Shown here piece by piece: positions 10,055 through 19,147 of a DNA stretch of 64,000 nucleotides. The notes beneath the pieces are model-generated. The model was not told where the DNA came from, ran no database searches, and worked only from the letters and a program-made list of their open reading frames with translations. A program made the position numbers and the translations under genes. Source of the DNA: Nitrososphaera sp. (lineage in GTDB: Archaea > Thermoproteota > Nitrososphaeria > Nitrososphaerales > Nitrososphaeraceae); NCBI GenBank assembly GCA_035562555.1, contig DATMWK010000068.1, forward strand, positions 17,319 through 81,318. Direction: 5' to 3'. Positions within the stretch are counted from its first letter, which is position 1. Each line of letters opens with the position of its first letter.

Positions 10055-11197
10055 TTAGATAGATGTCCCAGAAACCTTTACTATTGTAAGTATATCTTCG
10101 TCGGCTATCTTGTGGTCAAGGCCTACTTTTTGTCCAGCAAATTTCGCGCTCTTGCCCCACACAAGTCCGTAACGGAAGTTCTTGGCCATGTTTCGGTGAA
10201 TCTTGTTGCACACGTCCTGTACAGTTGCGCCATTTTTAATTATTAACGGCTCTTTGAAATCAGTTTCACCACCTTTGGGCCGCATGTAAACTCTAATAAA
10301 TCCAAGCCTTTGATATAACGCCTCTTTTAGGACATCAATGTTAATACCGGACTCTGCCGAGACGGCGACAAAATTATTATTATTATTATTATTACCTACA
10401 ATCTTTGACTTGATCTCTTGGACAAAACTTGCGTTAACCAGATCTATCTTGTTGAGCACAACAACTGAAGGGACATATATGCGGTTCCCATTTAGCACGT
10501 CTATTAGCTGATCATCAGTAAGATTTGGTTCCCTTATTATCAGCCGACCGTTGTGCAAACCATAAAGCCTCATTATTTCCTTTATCAGCCTTTCAGAAGC
10601 CTTTATGGGCACTTGTGCATTGACTGATATGCCGCCGGTTGCTGTCTTTTCGATCAATATGTTTGGAGGCTGCTCGTCCAATCTGATACCTGCTTCCGCT
10701 AGCTCTTTTTTTAGTACGCTTAGGTGATGAGGCTGAAAGACATCAAGCATTATCAAGACAAGGTCTGCACTGCGAGCAACAGATAACACACGCTTACCAA
10801 ACCCTTTGCCGCCAGAAGCTCCCTCAATAATTCCTGGCAAGTCAAGCACCTGTATCTTTGCTCCTCTATAGTGCATCATACCAGGGACAGCTGTGAGCGT
10901 TGTGAACTGGTAGGATGCCACACGCGACTTGGCATTTGTAAGACTATTAAGAAGTGTCGATTTGCCTACGCTTGGCAAGCCAATTATCACTATAGTTGCG
11001 TCACCTGTCTTTCTGACATCAAAGCCAATATTTTCACCACCACTATGCATTGTCTTGCCGTGTACATTTTCCTGCATTTCCCGCTTGAGCCGTGCTATCT
11101 TGGCCTTGAGTAGACCTATGTGAAATTCTGTAGCCTTGTTGATCTGAGTTCTATGTATCTGGTCCTGAATCTCCTTAATCTTCTCTGGAATGCCCAT
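10055..11197 (-). CDS. DRG/OBG-family GTPase with C-terminal TGS domain
   Basis: 380 aa. G1 GLPSVGKST, G3 DLPG, G4 NKID, and a C-terminal TGS-like segment. Contains an internal run of seven Asn. Confidence 0.88.
   Translation of the reverse strand: MGIPEKIKEIQDQIHRTQINKATEFHIGLLKAKIARLKREMQENVHGKTMHSGGENIGFDVRKTGDATIVIIGLPSVGKSTLLNSLTNAKSRVASYQFTTLTAVPGMMHYRGAKIQVLDLPGIIEGASGGKGFGKRVLSVARSADLVLIMLDVFQPHHLSVLKKELAEAGIRLDEQPPNILIEKTATGGISVNAQVPIKASERLIKEIMRLYGLHNGRLIIREPNLTDDQLIDVLNGNRIYVPSVVVLNKIDLVNASFVQEIKSKIVGNNNNNNNFVAVSAESGINIDVLKEALYQRLGFIRVYMRPKGGETDFKEPLIIKNGATVQDVCNKIHRNMAKNFRYGLVWGKSAKFAGQKVGLDHKIADEDILTIVKVSGTSI
10373..10393. repeat. (ATT)7 trinucleotide repeat encoding Asn7 inside the DRG GTPase
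   Basis: Read directly: seven perfect ATT units on the + strand, which are seven AAT codons on the - strand (KIVGNNNNNNNFVAV). Confidence 0.95.
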
Positions 11198-11508
11198 TGC
11201 TAGAGGTCAATATCATTAGCTGCATGGCGATAAAAATTTTGTCAGATAGACCAATAGTTTGACATTTCCGTCAGGTCAAATCAATATGTGGAAACAAAGA
11301 GCTTCTTTTCTGGAGTAAAAACGGCGTGGAATTCATGTCACACCGATATTATATTGTCTTTTTCAAAATTTTACTTTTCCTGCTAGTATAGCTAAGTCTT
11401 TTCGTAAAGAAGCCTGCACATGAATTATAGATAACCTCATACGATAGATTATTGCCTGCAGGTCCGCGCAGCTATCCTTCAGAAAAGCAGACCGAGCTCA
11501 TCTCGCGG

Positions 11509-11522
11509 TTTAATTTATATTC
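11509..11522 (+). promoter_or_regulatory. Putative TATA box / promoter of tRNA-Glu
   Basis: TTTAATTTATATTC lies about 25-35 nt upstream of the first tRNA nucleotide. This spacing is typical of archaeal promoters. Confidence 0.5.
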
Positions 11523-11545
11523 TGCACGTTATTGAAACTGTCAGG

Positions 11546-11658
11546 GCTCCGGTGGTGTAGTCCGGTTAAGCATCTCGCCCTCTCAAGGCGAAGATCACGG
11601 GTTCAAACTGCTGCGAGATCATATTTTCCAGTAGGGATACATCCCGTCCGGAGCACCA
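11546..11658 (+). tRNA. tRNA-Glu (anticodon CUC) with a 34-nt intron in the T-loop and encoded CCA
   Basis: Hand-folded:
- Acceptor GCUCCGG/CCGGAGC.
- D-stem GUGU/GCAU.
- Anticodon stem UCGCC/GGCGA with loop CU-CUC-AA.
- T-stem ACGGG/CCCGU.
- The T-loop UUCAAA|U is interrupted at 11608-11641.
- Discriminator A, then CCA, followed by TTTTT.
The exons total 79 nt. Confidence 0.85.
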
Positions 11659-11751
11659 TTTTTAGTATTTTACCAAGAAGCAGAGCTCTGATCTTCTGCG
11701 GTCTATCTTGTACAACATAAAAATAGTTTTAGATACGAGATATATGTCACA

Positions 11752-12261
11752 ATGGGAAAGAAATCCTTAGAAATAGCAGGACCAAACGTTGACAAAAGTA
11801 TCGGAATGCTGCACAGAGCCTATGCCTTTGAAATGCAAACGTCTCATTACTTTCAGTATGTGGCTAACAATATAGAGGGAATAGGAGTCCTCTTCGAAGA
11901 CTTTTTTGGAGAGCGTGCAAAAGAGGAACAAGGACACGCAGCTGGAATTAATGACAGGTTGATGGAGCTTGGGGAAAACCCCACAGATGACCCCGGCTCA
12001 TGGGAGAAGGAAAGCGGGTTAGGAAAGACCGAACCTAAGAAATATCTTTCGCTTAGGAGCGCGCTTGAGAGGGCTTTAGAGATGGAAAGATTTGGAATCG
12101 GACTTTACAATGATCTTGCAAATGCAACAAAGGATAGGGATCACGGAACATATCAACTAGCACTAAAATTACTCAGCGACGAGCTTGAAGATGAGCAAAC
12201 AATGGAGGATATTTTGGCTAAGCTTGAAGTAAGGGATGTAAAAGAGGCTGGACCGCTATAG
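11752..12261 (+). CDS. Ferritin-like / Dps-family protein
   Basis: 169 aa. Four-helix-bundle-like sequence with di-iron-type E/H residues (AFEMQT..., EEQGHA, ALEMERF). Confidence 0.65.
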   Translation: MGKKSLEIAGPNVDKSIGMLHRAYAFEMQTSHYFQYVANNIEGIGVLFEDFFGERAKEEQGHAAGINDRLMELGENPTDDPGSWEKESGLGKTEPKKYLSLRSALERALEMERFGIGLYNDLANATKDRDHGTYQLALKLLSDELEDEQTMEDILAKLEVRDVKEAGPL

Positions 12262-12314
12262 GGAGGAAACAGACTTCAAATAAAAATAATAGAAATGGAA
12301 AATAGTGGCTGGAA

Positions 12315-12551
12315 TTAAATAAATCTCAAAGATCCCTTGCTTCTTCTTCTCTTCTTTTTTCTAAGCAAAATCAAGGTAGATGATTTTGGCTTTATGCTTG
12401 CTTTGATCAACTCTACACCGCACCTTGAACATTTTCCTTTGATGATGGCCCTTCCGTTGACAAGTCTAAGATATGCTGAACCTGTAATAGGAACATTTTC
12501 TTTGCAGAAAGTACAGTAGGTTTCATGTAGCATACCCTGATCTGTTGGCAT
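12315..12551 (-). CDS. Small zinc-ribbon protein (DUF5679-like) with Lys/Arg-rich tail
   Basis: CTFC...NGRAIIKGKCSRCG resembles the DUF5679 ribbon pattern, and the C-terminus contains KKKRRRSK. The ATG at 12551 is preferred over the upstream TTG at 12584. Confidence 0.55.
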   Translation of the reverse strand: MPTDQGMLHETYCTFCKENVPITGSAYLRLVNGRAIIKGKCSRCGVELIKASIKPKSSTLILLRKKKRRRSKGSLRFI

Positions 12552-13376
12552 GTCCTTGTTATATATCAGAGTAGCAATAAGCAATAATTAAATTTCCCTC
12601 AGCCTAGAGGAACTAGCCAAAGTGGAATCAGCAGTAAAATAAACTAATTTTAGTATAAGTGAAAGCCATGAAGTATGCGCAAAAGAGCTTTGTTCAGAAC
12701 ACAAAAGGATCTATATAATTAAAACAGAAGAAGAGCAGGGAAGTATAAAATATTAACTCCTTTGAATTAACCGGTACAAATACTCTGTGGCAGTTTTTTA
12801 TGTTCTTTTTTTTAACACAGAGCAAGGGGAATTGATCTATATGGCAGATATATCGAATCATTTTTCTTTAATAGGCCTTACTTTTTATTCGTTCGCACAA
12901 GCCATTTCTGGAAAATCAGTCTTGCAATCCATAAAAATGTGAAGCAGTTCAAGATCAACATCAAGATCTGATAAGCATAGGAAGGATCACTTCCTCCTAT
13001 GCTTAGGCTACAGGGATTCAGCAGTCCGGTTAGGTTCTCTTCATCTAATCTGCTTTTGCTGGCAGATAATAGGGGGACTGTTACTTCGTCATAATCCTCA
13101 TGCAGCCTCCCATATGAAACTGCAAGGAGATAAAAAACCCTACCTATGAATTGTACGCACGCTGTCCAAGACTTTTCTTAGGTCAGCGGCCCCCAAGTGA
13201 GAGATAGAATGCTGTCGGGTCCAACTTGAGCATTCTAAAAATTGTATCATTTTTATACCATCTATATCAGACAGAAGAGGCTCAAACTAGCAGGACAATT
13301 TTGTTGCTAACTTGAATGTTCATATGGAGTCAAATCTTTTCAATTTATTCTCCTATGCCAATTTTTTCTTTCCTTG

Positions 13377-13667
13377 TTATCTTGTCCTGTTGAGAATGCT
13401 ACTTGTCCTATTCTTGAGCACTTTCCTTACTTTGTCGCGGATTTTATTCATGTTGGCCGTGGGCATTGCAGTAAGTGAGAGTATACCATCCCTTAGAGGA
13501 AAGGATATGAGTGAAAATTTTTCATGCTCAGTTAGGGGGTAGCGCACCATTCCAAGCCTGTCGCTGTAGAATTGCAGCATTGTTTGGGTTGACAGTGAGT
13601 GGATGTACATCTGCTGCTCATTAGCTCCATTAGAAGTGACTCGATCCCTTGCTTGAATCCCCTTCAA
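13377..13667 (-). CDS. Hypothetical protein (weak call)
   Basis: 96-aa ORF, the only sizeable one in a 1.4-kb gap. No recognisable motif, and an alternative ORF overlaps it on the + strand. Confidence 0.2.
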   Translation of the reverse strand: MKGIQARDRVTSNGANEQQMYIHSLSTQTMLQFYSDRLGMVRYPLTEHEKFSLISFPLRDGILSLTAMPTANMNKIRDKVRKVLKNRTSSILNRTR

Positions 13668-14022
13668 TGACTTCTCCTATATTATTGACAATGCCTACGA
13701 AGCGTATACTGCGATCAAGTTTGATAATTATGTCACAGAGAGTGGGTTCTCGCACACACGGATACTGCTCTTCAGAATATAAATTGCTTATAAGTTATTG
13801 TTATGACTAATCTATTTGGTATCATAGCCCTCTATTTCTACAAGCCTGATTTCGATGGAATGACCACTCTTAATGTGCGTATAAAAATGTAATCGTACAA
13901 GCGCGTTTATGTTAAGGTCTGTAAAGTATTTTGTCGAGTATCTCGCAAGCACGATCTTGCAGTCAGAGCAGAAAATTTCTTTGAATATCAAAGTGTTGTT
14001 GTCCCATCTACTCTGTATAGAT

Positions 14023-14688
14023 TCAGTAGAACTTTTTATCGATTTTTTTTGACGCCAGATTGTTGGCGTAATTGTTATTCTCCGTAAAGTTTATCGTTGA
14101 CGCCTTGTAGTATATCACTTCGCCTCTCCTCTCTATTACTGCAACAACTGCTTCCTTGCCCATCTTTTGTATTTCGCTTACGGCAGAAGCAAATTGTTTG
14201 GCTGTAGTATTCGTTCCCTCATTTATACCAAAGACCACGTACTTGGCAGGCTTTTTTTCGTAATCACCTCGTTCATACACTCGAAAGTCATTGCCAAAGC
14301 CAAAACCCTCCTTCGCCACGTAGCCCCTGCTTCGGAGGTCGCGATAAACTAGAAACTCACTCATAATGTTCCGGTTGTGTTTTAGCAGTAGTACAAGGAG
14401 CGAGTTGAATCTAATGGTCGGTTTATTATTGAGCTTTAGGCGATTTGTATAGAATAGATATAAAGTCTCGTATGGCTTAAGGATGAATTCAGAGTCTTCC
14501 TTCTCTCCAAAACCTTTACTACGCAGTTCATCCTGAAAGCGAGTTTGACCAACTACTACCTTGCGATTGCCTGCCAAGTACGCCTCTATTACCGGGGGCT
14601 GTACATCTGCTGCGGCGGCTTCCCTCTGACTTACATTCTCAACGAAGGGCGGGGAACTTATTGGAGGCGGCGAGGATGATGACATCAT
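14023..14688 (-). CDS. endA: tRNA-splicing endonuclease (EndA) family subunit
   Basis: 221 aa. The C-terminal half (FLVYRDLRSRGYVAKEGFGFGNDFRVYERG...GKEAVVAVIERRGEVIYY) is the EndA catalytic-fold signature. The N-terminal extension is Ser/Pro-rich. Confidence 0.8.
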   Translation of the reverse strand: MMSSSSPPPISSPPFVENVSQREAAAADVQPPVIEAYLAGNRKVVVGQTRFQDELRSKGFGEKEDSEFILKPYETLYLFYTNRLKLNNKPTIRFNSLLVLLLKHNRNIMSEFLVYRDLRSRGYVAKEGFGFGNDFRVYERGDYEKKPAKYVVFGINEGTNTTAKQFASAVSEIQKMGKEAVVAVIERRGEVIYYKASTINFTENNNYANNLASKKIDKKFY

Positions 14689-14818
14689 AGCTATGTTGTA
14701 AAGGTGATTAATTAACTAAACTGGTGGCAAAATCATAGTTCTTAGCAGTATAACATAACGATTAAATCAGAGCGAATTACCAAAATTAATCATTACATAG
14801 GATTAAATGAATTGAGCT

Positions 14819-15340
14819 ATGAAGGGTGTTAATTATCGAGAAACTCGTGGTATGCCGTATGTAAGGCGAGAATACATAGCTGGCAAACCTCAGTTGAAAA
14901 TAGCAAGATTTTCATCTGGGCTTGCGGGAAACAACTATGATTACAAAATCGAACTTATTGCGACTGAGAAGCTCCAGATACGGCATAACGCGCTAGAAGC
15001 TGCCAGGCTTGCTGCAAACAAAAGGATGGCACAAGCAGGGGAGACGAGCTTCTTTTCTATGTTGCGGGTATACCCACATGTGCTCCTGAGAGAGAACAAA
15101 ATGATTGCAACTGCAGGCGCGGACAGACTTCAGGAGGGAATGAGGAGGGCTTTTGGTAAGTCAACTGGTCTTGCCGCAAGGATAAGGCCAGGTCAAGTGA
15201 TCTTTGAGGCTTACGTCACCACTCCCAATCTTGAACTTGCACAGGACGGCTTTAAGATGGCAGCAAGCAAGCTCGGCCGGCCGACAACTACTAGGATAAC
15301 GCCGCTAAAGGAGCAGGCAATGGTAACAGCTGAAGATTAA
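14819..15340 (+). CDS. rpl10e: Ribosomal protein uL16 (L10e)
   Basis: 173 aa. YRETRGMPYVRREYI.G.P..KI..F..G and the remainder are typical of L10e. Confidence 0.92.
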   Translation: MKGVNYRETRGMPYVRREYIAGKPQLKIARFSSGLAGNNYDYKIELIATEKLQIRHNALEAARLAANKRMAQAGETSFFSMLRVYPHVLLRENKMIATAGADRLQEGMRRAFGKSTGLAARIRPGQVIFEAYVTTPNLELAQDGFKMAASKLGRPTTTRITPLKEQAMVTAED

Positions 15341-15368
15341 ATCAAATCAAATCAAATCAAATCAAATC
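15339..15368. repeat. (AAATC)6 pentanucleotide microsatellite
   Basis: Read directly: six perfect units. The repeat begins inside the TAA stop codon of rpl10e. Confidence 0.95.
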
Positions 15369-15864
15369 TTGGCGGCCAGCAACTCCGACTCTTCTATATT
15401 ATAGAACTTCATGCTTCAACATGGATTATCTTCCAGATAAGCGCAGTAGTGTCGCATGCTTCTGTTTTTATGGTCAAGCACACTATTGTTATATAGCATC
15501 TAAAACCTATTATCTGACCCTTGCACATTAATGCCTTACAGAGGTTGTGGGCTGTAGTGGGAGGTCAATTGCATGTTTAACTTACGAACACACAGAGATA
15601 AGCCAACTAAATTCCCTCCGCACTAAGAAATGGTCTCTGTTACAACGAAAAAGTTTTAGACTAATACTCTGTTGCTCCCGAACAAAATATTGTATTTTAG
15701 AGAAGCAAAACAATGAAAGGACGACTCAATTATTCTAGCAGTTTATAAAACACCGAGAACAAAAAACAAATCAGATGAGTTCCACATCTATATGAATTCT
15801 TGCAGCTATACAGTTTCGCTCACAATTATAGAATTGCTAAATAGTTTTCGAGCGTATCTTCAAC

Positions 15865-16338
15865 GTGCCTAGTGAGCGTTCAAGTTGGACCGACCTTATC
15901 AGCGAGTCAGTACATACAAGCGATGACCAAGATATAGGAGACATTGAAGCAGTCAGCCGAAACTTCATAGTCGTAAAAAAAGGACTTGTCAATGTCCACC
16001 GGTACTACATTCCTCTTCACAGGGTTGAAGGCTGGGAAGGAAAGGTAGTATGGTTAAAGATCCCAGAAGAAATGGTAAAGACCAATTACGAGAGAGACCC
16101 GGCACCAGATCCTCATAACTATCATTACAGCAGCGCTCCTATGGTTGATGCATCAGACAATGTGCGCAGATTCCAGATTAATATACCCAAAATCCCGCCA
16201 AGAGCTCAAGAAGAAAGACCATTTCTTGTTTCTCAGCAATCCTCAGAACAAGAGGAGCGCGTCTTAGTCTGTAACCTTTGCAGTGCAGCCTTCGAGACCG
16301 ACGATGAGTTGAGCAGGCACGTAGAGTCGAGTCACTAG
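15865..16338 (+). CDS. PRC-barrel-like protein with C-terminal C2H2 zinc finger
   Basis: 157 aa, GTG start. The N-terminal DIGDIEAVSRNFIVVKKG...YYIPLHRVEGWEGKVVWLKI is PRC-barrel-like. The last 22 aa, CNLCSAAFETDDELSRHVESSH, fit C-x2-C-x3-F-x5-L-x2-H-x4-H. Confidence 0.55.
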   Translation: MPSERSSWTDLISESVHTSDDQDIGDIEAVSRNFIVVKKGLVNVHRYYIPLHRVEGWEGKVVWLKIPEEMVKTNYERDPAPDPHNYHYSSAPMVDASDNVRRFQINIPKIPPRAQEERPFLVSQQSSEQEERVLVCNLCSAAFETDDELSRHVESSH

Positions 16339-16660
16339 CCATCAATTTCTTGTTCAACAGATAAAAAACGGAGCTCCAAACGAAGAAAAATTGCCGAATG
16401 TAATACTACTTATGCTCTATGTATTGAAAATCATATCTTGTAGGTACGATATCTAATACAGAGAAAGAAGAAAATATCCTGGCATACCTTACGCTGATAG
16501 AGATATCTAATGATCTTTTATCTTCATGCGATGCTGACGAAAAAATTGAAAAATATATACCATTTTAGATAGCACTCCACACATTACCAGCACATCTTTT
16601 TCTCATTATGTAGGCCCTCCAAAAAACTGACCGAACGTAATGGAATCGACCTCTAATAAA

Positions 16661-17719
16661 TTACTTGTGCGCGACGGATCCCGTCTGATTTTTCCTGTCA
16701 CCAAAAATCCCACCAAACTTTCTTGTTGCTGTTGTTGTTGTTGTTTCTTGTTTTTGCTGAGGATGAGAATGCGGTATCGAGGATATCCTTGCTATTGCGG
16801 GGATTTGTGAGCGAATGGACATTTCTATCATAACAAGCAAAAGCTCTACATCCGCAAGCTTCTTGTTTCCATCGATCTCAAGATGAACTTCAGCTTGCGC
16901 CATTGCTCCTGCTGGACGTAGCAAGACTGACTTGACCCTAATATTTTCCTCCTTGAACTTTTCCTCCACTATGCGCTTCACCATATCGGTCAGTTTTGGA
17001 TTCTGCCAAGAGTCCACCAAGATCAGCGAGGACTGCTTCAGTGAAATATATGACACAGAAAATATGTAGCCAGCAATTATCATGCCGCCTATCGCATCCA
17101 TCTGAAGTAAACCAAACTGAGATGCAATTAGAACGCTGAGAAAACCGATAACAGATGCGGAGCCATCTTTTATGGAATTTTTGGCATCTGTCTTTAATGA
17201 CAAGAGGTTGTATTTATTGGCTATCGAATTCATCTGAATTGCTCTATGAAGGGAAATGCCACCTGCAGCGGCCAACACAATCATTGTCAATATTGGTTGC
17301 TTGATTTCTCTTGGGTCAAGTAGCGCTTCAAATGAATGATAAAAGATGAATATTCCTATTCCAATCATGCCTATAGCTGCTATGAGCGCAGCAAAGCTTT
17401 CCACTTTGTGGTAACCGAAAGGGAATTTCCTGTCTGCTGGCCTGTGTGCTATGCGTAACCCAACAAGTACTATGAAAGAAATCATTGCATCTGAAAGTGA
17501 ATCTATACCGTCTGCTGTTGCGACAACGCTACCGCTTATTTGACCCATTATGATTTCGGCAGCTCCTATGCTGAGCAAGGTTACAACAGAAATCTTGGCA
17601 ATCTTTTGTCCTGCAATAAGGCCTTCATTTACAAGATCGGCCGGTTTGCCGGCTGAGGGCTTGTTGCTGCTCACGACAATACTGGCTATACTTATAGACC
17701 ATCGTATATAACGTTTCAA
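16661..17719 (-). CDS. Cation diffusion facilitator (CDF) family metal efflux transporter
   Basis: 352 aa. Six predicted TM helices with the motifs D..SD in TM2 and FPFGYHKVE, plus a C-terminal cytoplasmic domain. The start codon is uncertain. Confidence 0.85.
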   Translation of the reverse strand: MKRYIRWSISIASIVVSSNKPSAGKPADLVNEGLIAGQKIAKISVVTLLSIGAAEIIMGQISGSVVATADGIDSLSDAMISFIVLVGLRIAHRPADRKFPFGYHKVESFAALIAAIGMIGIGIFIFYHSFEALLDPREIKQPILTMIVLAAAGGISLHRAIQMNSIANKYNLLSLKTDAKNSIKDGSASVIGFLSVLIASQFGLLQMDAIGGMIIAGYIFSVSYISLKQSSLILVDSWQNPKLTDMVKRIVEEKFKEENIRVKSVLLRPAGAMAQAEVHLEIDGNKKLADVELLLVMIEMSIRSQIPAIARISSIPHSHPQQKQETTTTTATRKFGGIFGDRKNQTGSVAHK

Positions 17720-17824
17720 AAAGTACCAATATCAATAACAACTATTCATAGAGAACCTTTCTCCACTCGCTCTATTTTTCTGTTATACAGATAAATAAAC
17801 CTTAACCATTTTACCAGTCGTTCA

Positions 17825-19027
17825 TTGTATCTGAGAACAATTTCAGACTTGGAAGATTCACAATTTGATGGCAAGAGGGTATTTGTTCGAGTTGATTTTA
17901 ATGTGAGCATACACAACGGGGGCGTAGGGGAGGATTATAGAATCCGGATGTCGATTCCGACAATTGAGTATTTGACAAAGCGTGGAGCTAAGGTTATATT
18001 GGCTTCACATCTTGGAAGACCTAAAGGTCATGACCAGAAATATTCTATTGCGCCTGTAGCCAAACGACTGACTGAGATCATTGGCAGATCAAGGCCACCG
18101 ATACATTTTGCAAGCGACTGTGTGGGCGTAGAAATTGAGGAGCACATAGACAAAATGAATAAAGGCGACATCTTGCTGCTCGAGAACTTGCGTTTCCATA
18201 AGGAAGAAGAATCAAATGACCCAGAGTTTAGCAAAAAGCTTGCTTTTCTTGCAGATATTTATGTTAATGATGCATTCAGTACATCTCATAGGAAGCATTC
18301 TTCGACCTATGGCGCCGCATGGATGTTTGATATTCGGCTAGCAGGCTTTAATCTGATAAAGGAAGTAAAGTATCTTTCAATGATAAGGGAAAACCCGATT
18401 AGACCATTTACCCTTGTGCTTGGAGGAGTAAAGATAAAGGACAAAATAGGAGCGCTTGAACACTTGTTGCCAAAGGCAGACAAGGTCATAATAGGTGGCG
18501 CAGCGGCATATACTTTTCTCAAGGCAAAGGGTCTCAATACTGGGAACTCGATTATAGATCAGGAGCATATACAATGGGTCGAAAAGGCGCTTTACAGTTA
18601 TGGCGACAAGATATTGCTGCCAACTGATCACCTTTGCGCAAATTCCCCAAACGACACCTCTATTACAATGGTTAATGGCGACATCCCAAATGGGATGTCT
18701 GGATTTGATATAGGCAATGAAACAATTGAACGTTATTCAGCACAAGTGGCTTCAAATGGAGGAGGTGCTCTTTTTTGGAATGGTCCAATGGGTATGTTTG
18801 AGGTAAAGGCCTTTTCAAACGGTACGATAAGCATCGCGAAGAGTATGGCTCTTGCATATTGGCGGGGAAGCAAAACTCTTATCGGCGGCGGCGATACTCT
18901 TGAAGCAATGAAGAGAGCAGGTGTTGCGGAAAACGAAGTGAGTCATGTATCAACAGGCGGCGGCGCAACATTACGCTACCTAGCAGGAGACGAAATGCCT
19001 GGCCTGGTCATTCTAAATAACCATTAG
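17825..19027 (+). CDS. pgk: Phosphoglycerate kinase
   Basis: 400 aa. RVDFNVS, SHLGRPKG, NLRFH.EE, GGAKI.DKI-like and STGGGA motifs. TTG start. Confidence 0.92.
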   Translation: MYLRTISDLEDSQFDGKRVFVRVDFNVSIHNGGVGEDYRIRMSIPTIEYLTKRGAKVILASHLGRPKGHDQKYSIAPVAKRLTEIIGRSRPPIHFASDCVGVEIEEHIDKMNKGDILLLENLRFHKEEESNDPEFSKKLAFLADIYVNDAFSTSHRKHSSTYGAAWMFDIRLAGFNLIKEVKYLSMIRENPIRPFTLVLGGVKIKDKIGALEHLLPKADKVIIGGAAAYTFLKAKGLNTGNSIIDQEHIQWVEKALYSYGDKILLPTDHLCANSPNDTSITMVNGDIPNGMSGFDIGNETIERYSAQVASNGGGALFWNGPMGMFEVKAFSNGTISIAKSMALAYWRGSKTLIGGGDTLEAMKRAGVAENEVSHVSTGGGATLRYLAGDEMPGLVILNNH

Positions 19028-19147
19028 GCTTGACTTGAGACACTACTGTATCTTGATAATTGAATTATAAAATTTTATCAAAAAAGACAGCAATGAGTAC
19101 ACGGGCAAATACTATCCCTGTTTCTAATTCAAAAAGATATGGCAGTT

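Noticed and set aside
11532-11720. 62-aa ORF in the track
   Set aside because: It lies entirely across the tRNA-Glu gene and its terminator, so it is a translation artefact.
13023-13032. 10-nt identity (AGTCCGGTTA) to the D-arm of tRNA-Glu, considered as a tRNA remnant or integration att site
   Set aside because: The flanking similarity decays quickly and no cloverleaf can be drawn. A single 10-mer match between a roughly 100-nt query and 128 kb of two-strand sequence is expected by chance several times.
16448-16511. Direct repeat of GATATCTAAT (16448-16457 and 16502-16511) between convergent genes
   Set aside because: It is short, A/T-rich and present as only two copies, with no associated structure or box motifs. 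It is compatible with chance.
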